Assembly: GCA_964640155.1 (NCBI GenBank)
Contig: CAZXEQ010000001.1
Location: forward strand, 426,403 to 458,402
Reading direction: 5' to 3'
Origin: an uncultured bacterium
GTDB lineage: Bacteria > Auribacterota > JACPWU01
DNA length: 32,000 bases
Positions 27,337-32,000 of this stretch are shown here, piece by piece (within the stretch, counting starts at the first letter, position 1; the number at the start of each line of letters is the position of its first letter). A program made the translations under genes and the position numbers. Under the pieces are notes generated by a model. It ran no database searches. It was not told where the DNA came from and saw nothing but the letters and a program-made list of their open reading frames with translations.

Positions 27337-29544
27337 TCAAAACTTCAGTAAGGACCCGATCTGATAAACTGTAAAAGATCCTAACCATGCTAAACAAGTC
27401 ATATAAACAACCATAAAAATGGGCCATCGCCATGAATTGGTTTCTTTTTTTACAACGGCAACAGTAGACATACATTGACAAGCCAGCACAAAGAAAACCA
27501 TCAATGAAATGGCCATCAGGGGTGTATAAAGCGGTTTACCCGTTTCTGGAGAAACTTCTTTTTGTAATTTAGTTGCCAAATTAACATTGGAAGCGTCGGA
27601 ATCGTTCACATTGTATACAATGGCAAGCGTACTCACCAATACCTCCCGCGCTGCAAATGAAGCAATAAGACCTATACCCATTTTCCAGTCAAATCCTAAA
27701 GGACTAATCACAGGCTCAATCCACTTCCCCATTTTTCCAGCAAAACTATTTTTAATTTGTTCGCTTTTTTTTGTACTTTCAATCTCTGTTATTTTTTCTT
27801 CTAAAACTGCCCCCGAATAAACGGCTACGGCGGATTCTTTCATTTGAACGTATTTATTTTCTATATTTTCATGGCGGGGGTAACTTGCTAAAAACCACAG
27901 GATAATAGATAAATTAAAAATAATGGTCCCCGCACGATAAAGAAAAAGTTTCCCTTTCTCCCAAAGTGTAATAAACACGGTCCTAAAGTTAGGCAATCGA
28001 TAAGCTGGAAGCTCTAAAACGAAAGGAGTTTGCTTCCCTTTCAATAAAGTTTTTCTAAAAATCGCCGCCACACTCAATCCCGCTACGATGCTTAAAACAT
28101 ACATTGAAAATAAAGTTAATCCTTGAAGATTAAATATTCCCAATATTTTTTTTGAAGGAATAAAAGCGGAAATCATCAAAGTGTAAACAGGTAATCGGGC
28201 ACTACAACTCATCAAAGGAGCCACCATAATCGTCGCAAGACGATCATTCTTATCTTCAATGGTCCTTGCTGACATAATTCCAGGAACTGCACATGCAAAA
28301 GAACTCAAAAGTGGAATAAATGACTTTCCATTGAGGCCTACACCTCTCATCACCTTATCTAAAACAAATGCTGCTCTTGCCATATAACCGGAGTCTTCAA
28401 AAATTGCGATAAAGAAAAATAAAAAGATAATCTGAGGTAAGAATACAATCACGCTTCCGACTCCTGCTATCACCCCATCTAGAATCAAGCTTTTGAGCTG
28501 TCCTTCTGGAAGCCACTGTCCAATCAACCCTGCAGCTTTTTCTGTTAAATGACTTAAAGCATCCATAGGAACAGAAGCCCATGAAAAAATAACCTGAAAC
28601 ATCAATGCCATTAATCCAAAGAAAAATACAAATCCCCAAATTTTATGAGTCAAAATAAAATCTACTTTTTCAGAAAGAGATTTTGAAAGCCGAGAAGGTT
28701 TACGAACTACTTTCTGGCAAAGATCCTGAATAAAAGAATACCTTCCTTCAGCCTCTACCGAAGAAGCATCGATACCTTTCTCACTTAAGTTTTTTCTTCC
28801 TTCATCCAAAGCTGTCTGTAAGGGGAGTCCCCTTTCCTTCCATAAAGAATCTTGAACTGCCCCGCTTCCTAAAAGTCTTAAAGCCTCTCCACGATAAGCG
28901 CTTGATAAATTCTCATCTTTTGAAATAATTAAACTTTGAATTTTTGATATTTCCTGCTCCACTGTATCGTCAAATTTCAATTTAAAATGATTTATCCCTT
29001 TATCCAAATTCGTCTGAAGCTGAGTCTCAATAGCTTCTATCAAACTTTGAATACCCTTATGATGATTCCCAATGGTTGGAATTACTTTTACATTTAAAGC
29101 TTTTGAAAGCACATCAACATCAATAGACATTGAGCTTCTCTTCACCATATCCCACATATTTAAAGCAATGATACAAGGGATACCCAGCTCTAAAAGTTGT
29201 GTGACAAAAAACAGATTTCTCTCAAGATTGGTCGCATCCACCACAATCACTAATAAATCTGGTGCCTTAGTGCCTGCTTGAGTATTAAAAAGAACCTGAT
29301 GAACTATTTCTTCATCAGGGGAGCGTGTTAACAAACTATAAGCCCCTGGTAAATCCATGACAGTGACAACTTCACGGCTTTTAGGTAATGTGAGAAGTCC
29401 TTCTTTTTTCTCAACAGTCACGCCAGGATAATTTGCGATTTTGTGGCGCAGGCCTGTCATGGCATTAAAAAGAGTAGTCTTGCCAGAGTTAGGATTTCCA
29501 ATCAACGCAATGGTTATTTTTTTTACTTCTTTCGAGTCTGTCAT
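27337..29544 (-). CDS. feoB: Ferrous iron transporter FeoB
   Basis: 735-aa ORF. An N-terminal G-domain (GNPNSGKTTLFN, DLPG, NMWD) is followed by the polytopic membrane domain. Confidence 0.92.
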   Translation of the reverse strand: MTDSKEVKKITIALIGNPNSGKTTLFNAMTGLRHKIANYPGVTVEKKEGLLTLPKSREVVTVMDLPGAYSLLTRSPDEEIVHQVLFNTQAGTKAPDLLVIVVDATNLERNLFFVTQLLELGIPCIIALNMWDMVKRSSMSIDVDVLSKALNVKVIPTIGNHHKGIQSLIEAIETQLQTNLDKGINHFKLKFDDTVEQEISKIQSLIISKDENLSSAYRGEALRLLGSGAVQDSLWKERGLPLQTALDEGRKNLSEKGIDASSVEAEGRYSFIQDLCQKVVRKPSRLSKSLSEKVDFILTHKIWGFVFFFGLMALMFQVIFSWASVPMDALSHLTEKAAGLIGQWLPEGQLKSLILDGVIAGVGSVIVFLPQIIFLFFFIAIFEDSGYMARAAFVLDKVMRGVGLNGKSFIPLLSSFACAVPGIMSARTIEDKNDRLATIMVAPLMSCSARLPVYTLMISAFIPSKKILGIFNLQGLTLFSMYVLSIVAGLSVAAIFRKTLLKGKQTPFVLELPAYRLPNFRTVFITLWEKGKLFLYRAGTIIFNLSIILWFLASYPRHENIENKYVQMKESAVAVYSGAVLEEKITEIESTKKSEQIKNSFAGKMGKWIEPVISPLGFDWKMGIGLIASFAAREVLVSTLAIVYNVNDSDASNVNLATKLQKEVSPETGKPLYTPLMAISLMVFFVLACQCMSTVAVVKKETNSWRWPIFMVVYMTCLAWLGSFTVYQIGSLLKF

Positions 29545-29545
29545 A

Positions 29546-29794
29546 TTATTTTTCTATTTTTACAACAACAATTTGAGATGCATCCTGTTTACGAATCGCC
29601 AGATGATATCCGCGAACATTAATCTCCAGAGGATCTCCCAAAGGAGCAAAACGCTCTAAGACAATCTTAGTCCCTCTCACCAATCCCAACTCTTTTAGGC
29701 GACCTTGCAAGTCTCCCATTCCCAAATAATGCTTAATAATGCATTTTTCTCCACGATGCAATTGATCTAGAGTTATTTCCTTCATATCTTTCAT
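29546..29794 (-). CDS. feoA: FeoA (SH3-like ferrous iron transport protein A)
   Basis: 82-aa ORF ending 1 nt before the feoB start. It has a FeoA-like GxxLxELGLxxGxxI pattern (RLKELGLVRGTKIVLER). Confidence 0.85.
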   Translation of the reverse strand: MKDMKEITLDQLHRGEKCIIKHYLGMGDLQGRLKELGLVRGTKIVLERFAPLGDPLEINVRGYHLAIRKQDASQIVVVKIEK

Positions 29795-29854
29795 CTTTAT
29801 AAACCCCTTAATCTTTAAAAAAGAGTAGCATCTATTTTTAGATATTAAAGCCTC

Positions 29855-29901
29855 AAAAAATGTTGACGGTTTACAGTTATTCTTCTCTGTAAACCGTCAA
29901 C
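29855..29901 (-). terminator. Rho-independent terminator after the outer-membrane barrel gene
   Basis: Perfect 15-bp stem (29862-29876 / 29887-29901) with a 10-nt loop. On the minus strand it is followed by A-TTTTTT (29855-29861). Confidence 0.7.
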
Positions 29902-29937
29902 CATAAGAATTGCTAGAATTTTTTCTGAATTAAACTT

Positions 29938-30714
29938 TTAGAAAAATACCCCCGCAATCAATCTTACTTCCACCCTTTCTTGTTCATCCAAAACATCTGT
30001 TACTTGTGGTAACACCGTCAATGTTGCCCACCACTTGTCTGTACCATAATGAATGTTAGGTCCCACAAACCATGCACTAAATTCCTGTTCTTCATACTCA
30101 GGAAATTCACGATGGTTTTTGGCTTCAACTCCAACAGACCAATTCTGATTGAGGATATAAGAAAGTCCAAATGTAAACTCTAATTCTCCCTTTGTTTCAG
30201 TTTCATCATCCTTAAACTCCCATACTTCTTCCCCAATAATATTAGTCACCAAAATCCAATGCTCGGCAAAGATATGTTCAAGAACAAGCTTTTCTTCAAG
30301 TTCAAACTCGTCTCCATCATATTTCCATTCAAAATAAAGCAAAACACCGATTGGGTTCAGATGAGGACTTAGAAGCATGTATTTCCATTCATTGGAAACT
30401 CCTGTAAATTCCATTTTATCTTTATCATTTTCAGTTCCAGGCAAATCTACATACAAGTCCTTAAAATTAAGATAAAGAGCTGCAGTTAAACGATCCGTTA
30501 ATCCATATTCAATTTCTTCTCTAAAATCCCAACGTGTAAATTCTCCTTCATCATGACCTGAACGAAGCGTCACCCATTGTTCAAATTCCCAATGATTTTT
30601 GGGCAATACAGAATCAGCCTCATAACTGTAAGTAAAACGTCTTTCATCTGCATGAAGCGAAGTGCTCAAAATAAAACCCACAACCCCCAGAATCCACAAT
30701 TTACGTCCCAACAT
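29938..30714 (-). CDS. Outer-membrane beta-barrel protein (uncharacterised family) linked to fur/feoAB
   Basis: 258-aa ORF with a signal peptide and alternating aromatic/hydrophilic beta-strand pattern. The C-terminus ends ...RLIAGVFF, a typical OMP terminal Phe. Confidence 0.6.
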   Translation of the reverse strand: MLGRKLWILGVVGFILSTSLHADERRFTYSYEADSVLPKNHWEFEQWVTLRSGHDEGEFTRWDFREEIEYGLTDRLTAALYLNFKDLYVDLPGTENDKDKMEFTGVSNEWKYMLLSPHLNPIGVLLYFEWKYDGDEFELEEKLVLEHIFAEHWILVTNIIGEEVWEFKDDETETKGELEFTFGLSYILNQNWSVGVEAKNHREFPEYEEQEFSAWFVGPNIHYGTDKWWATLTVLPQVTDVLDEQERVEVRLIAGVFF

Positions 30715-30850
30715 AAATCCTCCCTTATCCTTTTTATCATTTTGTTAGCTAGGTACCTCTATTTTCATTCAAATAAGTAATCTGGCCATCCCTGGCTATT
30801 TTATATTCTGCCAAGATTACTCAAAAACTGAGATTAATTTGTTTGAAATT

Positions 30851-31294
30851 TTACTGACATTTTTTACAAAATCCCGTTACTTCCGTTTTATGAGCAACTG
30901 CTTTAAAATGATATTTCTGGCAAGCCTCTTCTAACGGAATCTCCATTCTCTCATCTGAAAATTCAATAATCTTATTGCACTTCAAACAGATCAAATGCTC
31001 ATGATGATCTCGACCTAAAACACATTCATAATTTCTGTGTTTTTGACTATAAACGACTTCTCTCAATATCCCTAACTCTACCAAAAAAGGAATCGTTCGA
31101 TAAACAGTCGCTCGTGAAACCCTTTGATCTTCTGTTCTCACCTTCAACGACAAATCATCTGCACTAAAATGATCAGGAATTTTAATACTTTCTCGAAAAA
31201 CAAGAAGCCGAGCTTGCGTTGGTTTCAGCCCTTTTTCTTTTAACCGAAAAATATAATTTTCTTCAGAAATTATTTTGTTTTTATGCGTTTTCAT
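30851..31294 (-). CDS. Fur-family metalloregulator (Fur/Zur/PerR; subtype not assignable)
   Basis: 147-aa ORF with a winged-helix region (ATVYRTIPFLVELGIL), an HHEHLICLKC metal site and a C-terminal CKKC. Confidence 0.85.
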   Translation of the reverse strand: MKTHKNKIISEENYIFRLKEKGLKPTQARLLVFRESIKIPDHFSADDLSLKVRTEDQRVSRATVYRTIPFLVELGILREVVYSQKHRNYECVLGRDHHEHLICLKCNKIIEFSDERMEIPLEEACQKYHFKAVAHKTEVTGFCKKCQ

Positions 31295-31396
31295 TGAGAT
31301 TGAGTCTCAATATTAATTAATTTTCTCTGTTTGTCAAGATTTCTTTAATAGAGAATATTTTAATAATTAGAACAACTTAAGGAGACAATACAAGGA

Positions 31397-31440
31397 ATAC
31401 AAAAGAGAAAGGCATTTCTTATCAAGAAATGCCTTTCTCT
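31397..31440 (-). terminator. Rho-independent terminator after the CxxC-protein gene
   Basis: Perfect 17-bp stem (31404-31420 / 31424-31440) with a 3-nt loop. On the minus strand it is followed by TTTGTATT. Confidence 0.7.
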
Positions 31441-31473
31441 TTAAAACATATAATTAAAAACTAATCAAACTTC

Positions 31474-31842
31474 TTACTTTGCTTCTCCAGCTGCATCTAC
31501 TGCAACCTTTGCATCTGCCAAAGCTGCATCTGTAGCTTTTTGAGCATCAGCGATTGCTGCATTTGCTGCTTCTTGTGCAAACTTCTGTGAGCACATACCA
31601 CACATCACTGTCTCAGCTTTACAAGCAGGGCATGCAACTTTGGTTGCGCCTGTATTGGCTTTCATTTCCATGCCACATGCAGAACACTTGGCATCAGCTT
31701 TAAGAACTTCAACCACAGGCTTTGTAGAAGAAGGAATTGCAACTTTGCAAGCGGAACAGTCAATAGCATAAGAACCTGTTGCGAAAGAAAATGCCATAAA
31801 AAGCCCCAAGGCTACTGCCATCAATTGACGATATGACTTCAT
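31474..31842 (-). CDS. Secreted protein with four CxxC motifs and an Ala-rich repetitive tail
   Basis: 122-aa ORF with an AGGAG Shine-Dalgarno and a signal peptide ending GSYA. The Cys motifs are CSAC, CSAC, CPAC and CGMC (rubredoxin or zinc-ribbon-like knuckles, no CxxCH). The C-terminus reads AQEAANAAIADAQKATDAALADAKVAVDAAGEAK. Confidence 0.6.
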   Translation of the reverse strand: MKSYRQLMAVALGLFMAFSFATGSYAIDCSACKVAIPSSTKPVVEVLKADAKCSACGMEMKANTGATKVACPACKAETVMCGMCSQKFAQEAANAAIADAQKATDAALADAKVAVDAAGEAK

Positions 31843-32000
31843 GTAAATCTCCTATCACTTTTTAAATAATAAACTTCTTACTAGCTACTCCCCCAAAGGA
31901 ATAGCGAAGGAAAGATATCAAAAGTCTCTCTAATATTCAATCAAGAAAACAATTCAAAATCATTCAGATAGTATGTATAAAAGTGTGTACTTTATGCGGG

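Noticed and set aside
26959-27374. Tracked ORFs of 80 aa (minus), 125 aa (plus) and 68 aa (26781-26987, plus)
   Set aside because: They run through the GC-rich repeats and have low-complexity or implausible sequences. They overlap the much more convincing 52-aa Feo-associated ORF or gene ends, and have no ribosome-binding sites.
3975-29659. Many 60-142-aa tracked ORFs nested antisense or out of frame inside long, well-supported genes (for example 3975-4208, 9041-9283, 10345-10557, 11451-11837, 13399-13710, 15630-16058, 16805-17164, 18950-19288, 24282-24729, 28397-28639)
   Set aside because: These are shadow ORFs of strongly supported CDSs. They have no recognisable domains, and their composition is typical of the antisense strand of AT-rich genes.

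Overview
Visibly AT-rich chromosomal segment from a diderm (outer-membrane-bearing) bacterium. The protein-coding content is mostly core metabolism: a mitochondrial-type aconitase, succinyl-CoA synthetase sucCD, hemL, msrA, the agmatine-to-putrescine pair aguB/aguA and an aminotransferase. There is also an unusually dense set of metal-homeostasis loci. These are (i) a small Cys/His protein, coiled-coil porin, ZnuA/TroA-type binding protein, ABC-3 permease and PF03773-type permease, with no ABC ATPase gene; (ii) a SYLF, TerC, tandem-USP and P2A (Ca2+-type) P-type ATPase cluster; and (iii) Fur, an outer-membrane beta-barrel, FeoA, FeoB and an untracked 52-aa FeoB-associated Cys-rich peptide. I recognise no integrase, transposase, Cas, restriction-modification or other defence or mobility protein, so I cannot point to a convincing novel protein-coding system. 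The unexplained signal is non-coding: GC-rich structured islands stand out against the AT-rich background. First, a perfect 201-bp tandem duplication is seeded by the last 18 nt of a tRNA-Val(UAC) gene, and each unit carries a long GC-rich hairpin. It lies directly upstream of an orphan 177-aa gene. Second, a two-copy element folds as a three-way junction, with identical junction strands and compensatory base-pair changes in two stems. One copy sits inside the metal ABC operon and the other between the P-type ATPase and the tRNA. Third, a three-copy 90-137-bp GC-rich repeat family is present. Two copies in inverted orientation bracket the small Feo-associated ORF with perfect 12-bp terminal inverted repeats. 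All functional readings of these elements are hypotheses that need transcript data and comparative searches.
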